Of a DNA stretch of 64,000 bases, positions 28,333-37,025 are shown one piece after another; positions within the stretch are counted from its first letter, which is position 1; every line of letters begins with the position of its first letter. Position numbers and translations under genes: made by a program. Under the pieces are notes generated by a model. That model was not told where the DNA came from. It searched no databases and saw only the letters and a list, made by a program, of their open reading frames with translations. Origin of the DNA: Alphaproteobacteria bacterium. Lineage in GTDB: Bacteria; Pseudomonadota; Alphaproteobacteria; RF32; CAG-239. The stretch covers positions 7,797 through 71,796 of the forward strand of contig JAEEYV010000027.1 in the NCBI GenBank assembly GCA_016288295.1. Reading direction: 5' to 3'.

Positions 28333-30336
28333 TTATTGACCGTTAGACCTATTTATAAGGTTATTATATATCTCATCGGCCATATTATGAATTACTTCTT
28401 GGTCGTTTCCGTTTTGGTTCTCTGAATTCTCGGTATTGTCTCCGCCTTGTGAAGTGCCAGACTGCGATGGTTGGCCTCCATTCTTATACGGATTTGTACC
28501 TAACTTACCACCATTTTTAAGGTATTCATTTATTTCATCAACTGTCATTTCTTTAGAATTTTTTTGAAACCATTCATACTCTGCATTAGGATTGGTTGGT
28601 TCTGTATTTTGAGGTTGAGTGTTACCATTTTCTCCTCCTCGAGAACCATTGCCTGATGATGGTTCTCCATCACCTTCTGCCTCTGTGTTATCAACAAAAA
28701 CATCTCTTGAAAGCGAGCAAAGTTGGTTGGTAGCTTCAAAAACAATCTCTCCGGAAAGTAGTGATGACATTTTATTTAAAAGGATTTGAATTTGTTCATT
28801 GCCTAGAGCATGTACAACGCCATCATCTCTCGTAGTAGAAGAAGTAGCTGTGTGTTCGGCCTGTTCGTCCAAGGTGTCTTTATAATTTGAAGCCTCGTTT
28901 TTAGCTTTTGTAGCTTCTGCCGATAATGCAACAACTGTTTCAAAGACCATATTTTGACAATCTTTACGGCTGTTCTGAGCATTTGTCATATCCCTTGCGT
29001 TGTTTTCTGCAACAATCTTGGTCAAGCATGATTTCATTTTTTCGAGATCTACCAAATCCTGAACACTAAGACCGCAACGTTTAGCCAATGGGGTAACAAA
29101 ATCTCCCTTAGCGCTGTAGTTTACACCTTTGGTGCTACCGATTTCATCGTTACCGGAAGTTTCAGAAGCAAAAATTTGACTACTGGTAAAACTTAATTCA
29201 GCACTGGATACGTCGTATGAGGATTTGTTGTCCATGCCTCCACGCCCTTGGTTCCTATCTTCTATCGGATTTGCGGTTGAAGGAAGATCTGTTTCCGGAG
29301 TTATATCTCCATGTCCATCTCCGCCTGAGACACCGTTGCTATTACCGCCAGAAGAAGTACCGGATGTGGTGCTCGGAGGAACATTTTCTTCATCTCCGGT
29401 AACAACATTTGTTGGGGTAGCAATATCATTTGAAGTGTCTTCTGTATTTGTCAGCCATCTATCAAACGGACTTGTATTGCCTGAAGGTTGCGGGGTGTCT
29501 GTGGAAGTCGGCGTAGTAACCGTGCTACCGGAAGCACCTCCGGCATCGTTAGTTGCGTTTGCAGAACTATCATCTGTGATGCTTTCATCTTCTAATGGTT
29601 CAAATCTTCTGCGATGGTAGCCGGTATCATCTTGAGTTGTTTCTGGAGAATTATAGAATCCCGGGGTTAAATCTGATGTCGGATTGACATATGCGTTACC
29701 CGATTGTGCTGAAACTTCATTTCTGATAATGCCAGATGAAGATGGGACGCTATTGGTTGGGATGGAATCATCAACAACAATATTTTCAGGTTCTGAGAAG
29801 TTTCTTGGATGGTTATTATTCGTATTATTGTTATCTCTGGTAGTAGCAGAGTTAGTTGTACTTGAGGATGTGGATGATGAATTGCCTGTGGGTTGTCTGT
29901 CGTTACGATTATCAGCTAAATTATCAGAATCGTCGTAATTTTCTTTGCCTCTAGATGAATTGAGTTTGTCCATAAGGGCTTGGTATTGTGCCTTGCGTTG
30001 CTCGACTTCGTTTTTATAGCGTTCGTAGGCCGCGGCCCCTGCTTCAACGCGTTTTTTAGCATCTTCAATTGCTTTAATGGCTTTTTCTATATCTACGCCA
30101 AATATTGTTTTGAACTGATACAAAGTTCCGGCAGCATCGCCTATAATTGAGTTCAAAAGACTACCATTAGTAATCACCTCAACACTTTGTAATATTCCCG
30201 TAGCACCATTAGCAACGATACCGATTGTACCGGCAATATTGCCCGGGTCCATAGTGATTAATGCCGATGCCGGCGAAGATGTAAGGATTATTGCGGCGCA
30301 CGCCGAAACCATACTAATTGACTTAATTTTTAACAT
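28333..30336 (-). CDS. 667-aa secreted protein with a long Ser/Thr/Asn/Gly-rich low-complexity core; T4SS-associated, unknown function
   Basis: Start moved to ATG 30336 (SD ggaggg at 30341-30346, minus strand), giving MLKIKSISMVSACAAIILTSSPASA. The helical N-terminal ~130 aa is followed by ~270 aa of S/T/N/G/D low complexity. Confidence 0.55.
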   Translation of the reverse strand: MLKIKSISMVSACAAIILTSSPASALITMDPGNIAGTIGIVANGATGILQSVEVITNGSLLNSIIGDAAGTLYQFKTIFGVDIEKAIKAIEDAKKRVEAGAAAYERYKNEVEQRKAQYQALMDKLNSSRGKENYDDSDNLADNRNDRQPTGNSSSTSSSTTNSATTRDNNNTNNNHPRNFSEPENIVVDDSIPTNSVPSSSGIIRNEVSAQSGNAYVNPTSDLTPGFYNSPETTQDDTGYHRRRFEPLEDESITDDSSANATNDAGGASGSTVTTPTSTDTPQPSGNTSPFDRWLTNTEDTSNDIATPTNVVTGDEENVPPSTTSGTSSGGNSNGVSGGDGHGDITPETDLPSTANPIEDRNQGRGGMDNKSSYDVSSAELSFTSSQIFASETSGNDEIGSTKGVNYSAKGDFVTPLAKRCGLSVQDLVDLEKMKSCLTKIVAENNARDMTNAQNSRKDCQNMVFETVVALSAEATKAKNEASNYKDTLDEQAEHTATSSTTRDDGVVHALGNEQIQILLNKMSSLLSGEIVFEATNQLCSLSRDVFVDNTEAEGDGEPSSGNGSRGGENGNTQPQNTEPTNPNAEYEWFQKNSKEMTVDEINEYLKNGGKLGTNPYKNGGQPSQSGTSQGGDNTENSENQNGNDQEVIHNMADEIYNNLINRSNGQ

Positions 30337-30413
30337 ACCACCCTCCATATAGAGACTCACCTCTATCTTATGGTAGCATGAAAAAATATGTTTATAAACT
30401 TATTTTTGCGGAA

Positions 30414-32846
30414 TCATGAAAAATTTAAATATTTTGTAACAAAATTTTCTTCACCATATTGTCTGATTAACTCTTCTACCAACAAAACGTTTTTGCGGCT
30501 CGAATTATAAAGTTTCAGATATGGGCCTAAACCACTCAAATCAACATCTAATATAACAGATTCACCGGTTGCCGGGCGAGAAAGCAAAATAGCATACGGA
30601 AATTCACGATAAGATTTACCGAAAACAAAGTCTATTTCGCGTTGATTTAAGTTCCAGTTTTCATAATCTTCCGGTCGTGCTTGCGGATTGCGGAAGAAAA
30701 TTACGGTTTGACATTGACCACGAATAACTTCTCCGACCCCCAAAGAGTCGATAATGTTAGGTTGTTGAAATGCACACAAATAAGCTTGGCGCTTTTTACG
30801 TCCTTCTTGCAGACCGATAATAAAGTAATCACGGAACATAGGGTGTTTTAACATCGGTGCTGTTTCATCAATCATAATAAGTGATGGAACACCGGTTTCT
30901 CCAGTTTCAGACTGAATACGGTGCATGATATAACTGATGACAGCAGGAGCTAAAGTTTCATCTTCAAAAATATGTGTAAAATCAAAAGCCATAAAACGTT
31001 TGGTATGCAAATCAAGGCTATCATTGGTAGCATTGAAAATTCTGCCGTACTGATCAGGATTTACCCAGCGATATAGCTCTCGGCGCATGTTGCCGGTCGG
31101 AGAAAAACAGCTTTTATATAAATTAGTCATAACTCGTTCTTCAGGCCGGAGATAATCAAAAGCCGTGGTTACCGCACGAGCAATTTCGCGCTCGGAAAGA
31201 GCATCTTCTACCATGGTAATTGACTTCATCCAACGACGCAAAAAGGCTCTGTTGTTCGGTGTAGGAGCAGCATCAAATGGGTTAAGAGAAACGTTCTTTT
31301 CATCACCATCAAAGCCAATATAAGCACCGCCAACCGCACGTGTAAAAATTTCAGCACCCAAGTGACGATCAAAGAAGAACACCTTTAAATCTTTATGACG
31401 CATAGCCTGTCCGGCCAAAAATGTCAGCAATGTGGTTTTACCTTGTCCGGTCGGACCGATAATACAACAGTGAGCAACAGCGGCTTCTTCTGATGAAACG
31501 TGAAATTGGAAACGGTATCCAGAACCTGTTGTCGTACGAAATGTGGTGATTGCCCCAGGACCCCAGTCACATTTGTTAAAACCTTCTGCCGGTTTATCAA
31601 AACATATTGCCGCTGTAACGACGCGGGATAAGTACAAATACATCCGCGGATAAGTTTCATATGTAGGAAATTGGTTGAAAAATGTTGCTTGAGTGACCCA
31701 ACCTTCGCGTACAGGGGTAACACCAAAAAGACGACAAATTCTTTGTACTTCACTTTCAGCAAAATCTATTTCTTCTTTATTTTTACCAAACAGAATAAGC
31801 GACATTGAATATTGAGTAAGAGCTTGGTAGTTGGCATCACTATCTTCAATTGCACCCATTGCTTCACTATATTGATCGATGACATCTTGCGAAAAACTGG
31901 TTACACGAGCCATGTTGCGTTGCTGGATCAATAACGCACGAGCTACCGGACGGTAAATGGGTTTTATATTATGTAAAAGTGTCAATTCACAGTCGATTGC
32001 CAATAATGAGGCAACCATTGATTCATCCATATAATCACCGGATGAGCGTATCCCCATAGCAACAGCAAGAGTTTCTTTTTCTCCGGAAAAAAAGCGAATT
32101 ATCCCTTCCTCACCAGTAAAATGAATATGATCCGCCGTTAGAAGCTCATTTAGTTGCGCTCCTTCAGCATTACCAACTTTAGGATCTGGTTTGGAAACCG
32201 GACTGCAGATACGTGTGAAAATATGAAAAGGACTTTCCTCAGCAGGGCTGTTTTCATCTTCATACATGGCACGGACGCCATATTCGCTAAGGGTAGCAAG
32301 TAAAGATTGTGAAGCATAGTTTAAGTCCTTGAGAGCATCAGGACGATCCGGAACAGATATAATTATATAGTGTGAATTACTATAAACCCGGTTTAATGTC
32401 GATTGCCACGTATAGGCTACTTTTTCAAGAATTTTGTTATCAAACGTGTTTTCAATGACATCAGCAGGAACTCTTTCGCGTGATGTAATAACGCGAGCAA
32501 CAATTTGCAAATCGGACATACTGTCAATCCAGGCTTTGCGAGCTTCGGCCATGGATAGGACTTTTTCTTCGGTAGCAAAGGCTAAATCCGTACCTTCGAT
32601 TTTGAATACTCGACAGTAAGAACCATTATAACAACGTATGGTCATGCCGTCGGACATCAATTTGTTAAAAGGCATAAAGTCTGAAACCCGAGATTCACTT
32701 GGTTGTGGCAAAACCATGCGTCCAATCTTAGTTGCCCACAGTCCGGCAAATGAGGCTGCTGAAATAAATCCGATAATCGCTACCAAAACTTCTTTGTTGC
32801 TTAATCCCTGCACAAAGATAGTTAAAAAATCAAAATCAGGGTTCAA
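30414..32846 (-). CDS. virB4: VirB4-family T4SS ATPase
   Basis: 810 aa. Walker A IIGPTGQGKTT and Walker B PSLIMIDETAP. Overlaps virB3 by 11 nt. Confidence 0.9.
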   Translation of the reverse strand: MNPDFDFLTIFVQGLSNKEVLVAIIGFISAASFAGLWATKIGRMVLPQPSESRVSDFMPFNKLMSDGMTIRCYNGSYCRVFKIEGTDLAFATEEKVLSMAEARKAWIDSMSDLQIVARVITSRERVPADVIENTFDNKILEKVAYTWQSTLNRVYSNSHYIIISVPDRPDALKDLNYASQSLLATLSEYGVRAMYEDENSPAEESPFHIFTRICSPVSKPDPKVGNAEGAQLNELLTADHIHFTGEEGIIRFFSGEKETLAVAMGIRSSGDYMDESMVASLLAIDCELTLLHNIKPIYRPVARALLIQQRNMARVTSFSQDVIDQYSEAMGAIEDSDANYQALTQYSMSLILFGKNKEEIDFAESEVQRICRLFGVTPVREGWVTQATFFNQFPTYETYPRMYLYLSRVVTAAICFDKPAEGFNKCDWGPGAITTFRTTTGSGYRFQFHVSSEEAAVAHCCIIGPTGQGKTTLLTFLAGQAMRHKDLKVFFFDRHLGAEIFTRAVGGAYIGFDGDEKNVSLNPFDAAPTPNNRAFLRRWMKSITMVEDALSEREIARAVTTAFDYLRPEERVMTNLYKSCFSPTGNMRRELYRWVNPDQYGRIFNATNDSLDLHTKRFMAFDFTHIFEDETLAPAVISYIMHRIQSETGETGVPSLIMIDETAPMLKHPMFRDYFIIGLQEGRKKRQAYLCAFQQPNIIDSLGVGEVIRGQCQTVIFFRNPQARPEDYENWNLNQREIDFVFGKSYREFPYAILLSRPATGESVILDVDLSGLGPYLKLYNSSRKNVLLVEELIRQYGEENFVTKYLNFS

Positions 32847-33126
32847 ACTTATTCCCCTTTGTCTTGTACAAATTGTTGGTTATACGAAAAGTCTGTCCGT
32901 AGGCTTGAATCATGTTGGAAATATGAGGTTCCTTGCCACCCCATAAGACAATCGCAACGTGAGTTAAAACAATGGAGAAGATAAAAATAAGAGGGTTGAC
33001 TGCAAACATTCCGATGGCTGAAAACATAGCCGGAAATTGAATTCCGAGATTGAGCAACACCGGAAGATATGCTCCCCACAAAAGTTTGGGAGGATTGGCA
33101 ACAGCTTTTAATATAGGTTCTCTCAT
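32836..33126 (-). CDS. virB3: VirB3-family small inner-membrane protein
   Basis: 96 aa. PILKAVANPPKLLWGAYLPVLLNL followed by two hydrophobic helices. Lies immediately upstream of, and overlaps, virB4. Confidence 0.7.
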   Translation of the reverse strand: MREPILKAVANPPKLLWGAYLPVLLNLGIQFPAMFSAIGMFAVNPLIFIFSIVLTHVAIVLWGGKEPHISNMIQAYGQTFRITNNLYKTKGNKFEP

Positions 33127-33151
33127 AAAGTCTCCATTATTTCATATGCAG

Positions 33152-33180
33152 ATTCTATAAAAAAAAGTTTTCGATTGCAA
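33152..33180 (-). promoter_or_regulatory. Candidate sigma70-like promoter for virB3-virB4 and downstream genes
   Basis: On the minus strand: TTGCAA (33175-33180), 17-nt spacer, TAGAAT (33152-33157). About 25 nt upstream of the virB3 SD (ggag). Confidence 0.45.
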
Positions 33181-33221
33181 CAAAAAAACCTGTGCTGTTA
33201 GCATATAAAAAATCAGTTAGT

Positions 33222-33252
33222 AATAAAAAATATGCACCGCAATGCGGTGCAT
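33222..33252 (-). terminator. Rho-independent terminator/attenuator between the pilin paralogs and virB3
   Basis: Perfect 9-bp stem atgcaccgc (33232-33240) / gcggtgcat (33244-33252). On the minus strand it is followed by attttttatta. Confidence 0.7.
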
Positions 33253-33276
33253 AATCTAAAGAGCACATCACAACCT

Positions 33277-33621
33277 TCAATTCGTATGTAGAAAATCTCC
33301 ATATCCAAGTTCTGCGACAATTTCATCATCACCACCAAAATACCGAATAAATAACGAGATAGATGAAACTAGCATTAAACTGAAACTGATAGTGGCAAGG
33401 TGTTTAAAACTGATTTTACCAAAAACCGCCGCAAATGAAAATGCAATAAGACCCAATCCTCCGATTATGTATATTATACCTCTTAAATCTATTAAGGTTT
33501 CAATCACTTTGCTTCGCACTTTTGAAAAAATACCAGCATCGGCCGAGGCTTCAGTAACAAAGCACAATATAAAAAATATGGTCCATAGAAGCAAAAATTT
33601 ATTTCTGATTAAAAACTTCAT
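33277..33621 (-). CDS. virB2: VirB2/TrbC-like pilin paralog 3
   Basis: 114 aa. Signal peptide ending EASA|DAG. Mature part has two hydrophobic helices. Confidence 0.65.
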   Translation of the reverse strand: MKFLIRNKFLLLWTIFFILCFVTEASADAGIFSKVRSKVIETLIDLRGIIYIIGGLGLIAFSFAAVFGKISFKHLATISFSLMLVSSISLFIRYFGGDDEIVAELGYGDFLHTN

Positions 33622-33632
33622 AGCAACCTCCT

Positions 33633-33968
33633 TTATCTGAGTGTATCCTGCACATCTGCAAGTTCTTCACCTGTCATGTATTGAACGATTCCAGATGTTC
33701 CTGCAATAACCATCAAACCAATAATAATTGCACCGAGCCATTTCCAGTTAAAGTTTCCAAAAAAGCCTCCAACGGCAATCGCAATAATACCAAAACCAGA
33801 AACAGCAAAGATAATATCTCTCATACCCTCAAAGATTTCTGAACCTTTTTTGATTAAATCGGCAAACAGGCCGGTGTCGGCGAAAGAATTGGTTGCAAAT
33901 AAAATTGAAGAAAGCAAAAACGCAACCAATGCTGAAAGGATCGTTTTCTTTAATTTTATGTACAACAT
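33633..33968 (-). CDS. virB2: VirB2/TrbC-like pilin paralog 2
   Basis: 111 aa. Signal peptide ending NSFA|DTG. Mature part has GFFGNFNWKWLGAIIIGLMVIAG, parallel to paralog 1. Confidence 0.65.
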   Translation of the reverse strand: MLYIKLKKTILSALVAFLLSSILFATNSFADTGLFADLIKKGSEIFEGMRDIIFAVSGFGIIAIAVGGFFGNFNWKWLGAIIIGLMVIAGTSGIVQYMTGEELADVQDTLR

Positions 33969-34002
33969 ATTTTTCTCCTTTATTTATTGTTAGGTGGGTA
34001 AG

Positions 34003-34024
34003 GGGAGCGGAGTACTCCGCTCCC
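34003..34024 (-). other. Perfect 10-bp-arm GC-rich hairpin between pilin paralogs 1 and 2 (no U-tail)
   Basis: gggagcggag-ta-ctccgctccc. It lies 7 nt downstream of the paralog-1 stop on the minus strand. Confidence 0.6.
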
Positions 34025-34030
34025 TATATT

Positions 34031-34375
34031 TTATACACCTGATTGTTCGAATGTATCTTGCATTCTGCCAGTCTGTTCTGTATCACCGGTGCTGTATTTA
34101 ATAACAGCTCCTGCAGCAGCCAGTACTGCCAAACCAACTGCCAAACCGGCAAACCATTTCCAGTTGATTTTTCCAAAAATAGCTAAGAAAGCAACAACAA
34201 CCAAGCCAAAGCCGCCTAAGATGAAAACAATGGATTTGACGCTCAGAAATAGGCTTATTAACTTATCCTTAACCAATTCCATAATTCCATTAGCAGCGAA
34301 AGCATCGCCGGTCATTGCAATAAAGGCCACCATGGCAAGAGCCATAAATGTCCAAATATTTTTATTAAATCGCAT
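34031..34375 (-). CDS. virB2: VirB2/TrbC-like pilin paralog 1 (first gene of the T4SS operon)
   Basis: 114 aa. Signal peptide ending DAFA|ANG. Mature part has IFGKINWKWFAGLAVGLAVLAAAG. SD aaggag upstream. Confidence 0.65.
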   Translation of the reverse strand: MRFNKNIWTFMALAMVAFIAMTGDAFAANGIMELVKDKLISLFLSVKSIVFILGGFGLVVVAFLAIFGKINWKWFAGLAVGLAVLAAAGAVIKYSTGDTEQTGRMQDTFEQSGV

Positions 34376-34460
34376 AGTTTTTCTCCTTAAATCAATTTAA
34401 AGTACTTCTTTACACACTTTCAGAATATCTGATTTTTTGAAAAAAAGCCAGAATAATCGT

Positions 34461-34482
34461 CGTTGTAAAAAATCTTACAACG
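34461..34482. promoter_or_regulatory. Inverted repeat in the divergent T4SS/pilus control region (candidate operator)
   Basis: cgttgtaa-aaaatc-ttacaacg, with perfect 8-bp arms, inside the 293-bp intergenic region 34376-34668. Confidence 0.3.
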
Positions 34483-34668
34483 CATTGTTTTTCATCATTT
34501 TTTGTTCCCTGTAACAAAAAATTCATAGTCACATTACTGTAAATTTGGGCAGTTTGAGGCAGTTTTTAAAGTGCAATCAAAACAAAAAACGGATTTTGTT
34601 AACAACCTTAAATAAGACCTTGCCAAGAGTCATGCTTTATTTTACTTTTAGTTTCGGATGGGTTAACA

Positions 34669-36249
34669 ATGAAGAAAACAGTCAAAGGATTTTGCACAAG
34701 TTTTGCACTTTCTTCGTTTGCAATTTGGGTTGCAAGCGAAGTGTTTTCGTCTGTCGTTCCCGCTCAACAAAATGAGATTAAAATTCCGCAAAAAAATATA
34801 GCTTTGTTTTTTCAAAAATCTGATTTTGCGCCACATCCGATAGTCACAAAACAGGTGGCGACTGCTGATTTAGCTAAACTTAAAACAGTAACAAAAGATG
34901 AGAACGCCTTAAGTAAAGAAGAAATTGCCGCACTGACTACCAATGTTTCGGAACCGATTAAAATCGCATCCATCGAGGATGTAGCAGATATTCCTATTGA
35001 ACAAGATGCTGTTGCTAAATCTAATGAGATAATTTATCAAGAACCTACTCTTGAAAAAACTGCACCTGCAAAAATTGCCAGCAGATCACCGTTGCCACCG
35101 ATTACGCAGGAAAATCCCAAAGCAAAAGACGAGAAAAAAGAAAACGAGAACATTATTAAAATTGCCGATGCGAGTTTAGATGCGAGTTTAAATAAAAATC
35201 CGGAAATTATATTGCCACCGATCGTGTCATCTGTTGACGAAGAGGAAACAGATATAATTCCTCTTGAAAAGGCTCCGATAAAATCTAAAGCAGAAAATGT
35301 GGAAGTGGTTGATAGCGCACCACAGACTCAAGTTGCGGCAGTAGATAAACAAATTTCTATTGATGCAATGTCTATTGAGGTTAATGACACCGTTGAAGAG
35401 CCTAAACAGCGAGAATGGCAGGAAATGAGTGAAATTAATGATGATCCGTGGGTTGTTGCTAAAGCTAATAAGTTTGCTAAAAATAGTAAAGCTGTTGAGG
35501 ATTATGCTGCCGATGAAGACGAAGCAAAAATAGAAGAGATGCTTGCTCCCACAAAAATGGAAGATGAAGGAAAAGAGACGCAAACAGCCAGAGTGGCAAA
35601 AAATCTTTTGATTCCGATACCTGAAGACATTTTAAATGATGAAAATTTAACACCTCAATTGGTTTCTCCTAAAAAGAATTTAGTTAAGCGAGATGATACT
35701 GATAGTGACGAAGATGTAATTATTGAAGATGTCCCTGATGAAGAAACCCCTAAAAACAAAAAAGGTGTTTGGGAAAAGATAACTTCAATCTTTAGCAGTG
35801 ACGATGAAGATAATACCGACGTAAGTATCAATAGTGATACAATAACATCTGGTAAAAAGAAAATAAGGAAGTCTTTTAGTGATGCCGGGGAAAACCCATC
35901 CAAAATTTTACCTGCAGAGATGAGGCTTTCTTTTCAGCCTGGGAGAGCAGAGATTTCGGGGCAAACTCTGCGTTGGGTTCAGGCCTTTGCAAATAAGGCT
36001 GCAACTTCTCCCAATATAATATTAGAGGTTAGAATTGATAAAAACAGTTCTTACGCTCTACAACAACGTCGCCTCGACCTTTTGAATACCATTCTCAGTC
36101 GTAGTGGAATTGATGAAAGTAAGGTAAATACCGTGTTTACGTCACGTGAGCCGAACTCCTTTATTATAAGGACTCTGCGCATTAATGATGGGACACAGCG
36201 CAAGATGAAAAATAACATACAGCCAAAATCTGTTTATCAGACATGGTGA
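34669..36249 (+). CDS. Secreted acidic protein with a degenerate OmpA/MotB-like C-terminal domain; first gene of the pilus-side operon
   Basis: Signal-like N-terminus. Long acidic low-complexity middle. The C-terminal ~110 aa (LSFQPGRAEISGQTLRWVQAFANKA…ILEVRIDKNSSYALQQRRLDLLNTILSRSGIDESKV) follows the OmpA_C layout by eye. Confidence 0.45.
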   Translation: MKKTVKGFCTSFALSSFAIWVASEVFSSVVPAQQNEIKIPQKNIALFFQKSDFAPHPIVTKQVATADLAKLKTVTKDENALSKEEIAALTTNVSEPIKIASIEDVADIPIEQDAVAKSNEIIYQEPTLEKTAPAKIASRSPLPPITQENPKAKDEKKENENIIKIADASLDASLNKNPEIILPPIVSSVDEEETDIIPLEKAPIKSKAENVEVVDSAPQTQVAAVDKQISIDAMSIEVNDTVEEPKQREWQEMSEINDDPWVVAKANKFAKNSKAVEDYAADEDEAKIEEMLAPTKMEDEGKETQTARVAKNLLIPIPEDILNDENLTPQLVSPKKNLVKRDDTDSDEDVIIEDVPDEETPKNKKGVWEKITSIFSSDDEDNTDVSINSDTITSGKKKIRKSFSDAGENPSKILPAEMRLSFQPGRAEISGQTLRWVQAFANKAATSPNIILEVRIDKNSSYALQQRRLDLLNTILSRSGIDESKVNTVFTSREPNSFIIRTLRINDGTQRKMKNNIQPKSVYQTW

Positions 36250-36335
36250 TAACATTTTGAGGTCTCTTGATTATTTTTTTTCAGCTTGTATGATGATATA
36301 AAATTGTGATTAAAATAGATTGAAAGCATAAGAAA

Positions 36336-37025
36336 ATGAGCTACAAATTTCTTTTATCAGCCGGTTTTTTAGGGGTTTTGCTAGTATCAGGGTGTGCTAG
36401 CTTTGACAGACGACAGGGGGCTGCTGAGTATTCTTCTTTGCAAGAGCCTGCTCCGATAGAGACCGGGCAAACATGTCCTTCGGCGCAATATCCCGACCAA
36501 TATGATACAAGATGTGCTGCAGAAGATGAATTTGTAAATTATACAAAAGTGGCAGCTGACTATCGTGAATTTGGTGAACGCTCGCCTCGTGATTATATGG
36601 TTGTAAATGGTGGTGCCGGTAGCAATATGTCTGCGACCATTCCGCCTTCTGTGGATGGTGAAGTAATCGACTACGAAACAGCTATTGATCCGAATGGAGA
36701 TAGCATGGAAGTATATGATGATGGCTATGAAGGTGACGAATATGCTGCTGAAGATGCTGTCGAAGATTGGTTGGCTGAAGAAGGAAAGAGTTTGAAAGCT
36801 ATTTTGACCGAATGGAGCGAAAAATCCGGTTGGAGACTGGTGTGGAATACAAATCGTAATTATACGTTAACGGCCGGGGCAATGTTTCGTGGTCGCTTTG
36901 CCGATGTAAGTTCAGCTCTGATCAGAGCTTTTGCCAGAGCTCGCCCGGCCCCGATAGCAACTTTCTATAAGGGTAACCGTGTCTTGGTGGTTGAGACTAA
37001 GGAGGATGAAAATGCTTATGAATAA
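36336..37025 (+). CDS. pilL: PilL-like lipoprotein with a TcpQ-type C-terminal domain (type IVb pilus)
   Basis: Lipobox LLVSG|C. The C-terminus LKAILTEWSEKSGWRLVWNTNRNYTLTAGAMFRGRFADVSSALIRAF matches the TcpQ/PilL pattern. Lies directly upstream of the secretin. Confidence 0.55.
   Translation: MSYKFLLSAGFLGVLLVSGCASFDRRQGAAEYSSLQEPAPIETGQTCPSAQYPDQYDTRCAAEDEFVNYTKVAADYREFGERSPRDYMVVNGGAGSNMSATIPPSVDGEVIDYETAIDPNGDSMEVYDDGYEGDEYAAEDAVEDWLAEEGKSLKAILTEWSEKSGWRLVWNTNRNYTLTAGAMFRGRFADVSSALIRAFARARPAPIATFYKGNRVLVVETKEDENAYE

Noticed and set aside
22566-30336. Search for the missing VirB6 among the four large proteins after virB4
   Set aside because: None has more than the N-terminal signal hydrophobic segment, whereas VirB6/TrbL proteins are polytopic. 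The only polytopic candidate is the gene at 179-3169.
8983-34375. Classification of the secretion locus as type IVB (Dot/Icm or I-type), considered because of the R64-like pilus module and the repeat-bearing VirB10 (DotG-like)
   Set aside because: Clear VirB3, VirB8 (x2), VirB9, VirB2-like pilins and the VirB gene order indicate a type IVA lineage. I could not recognise any DotC/DotD/DotH/IcmX-type genes.
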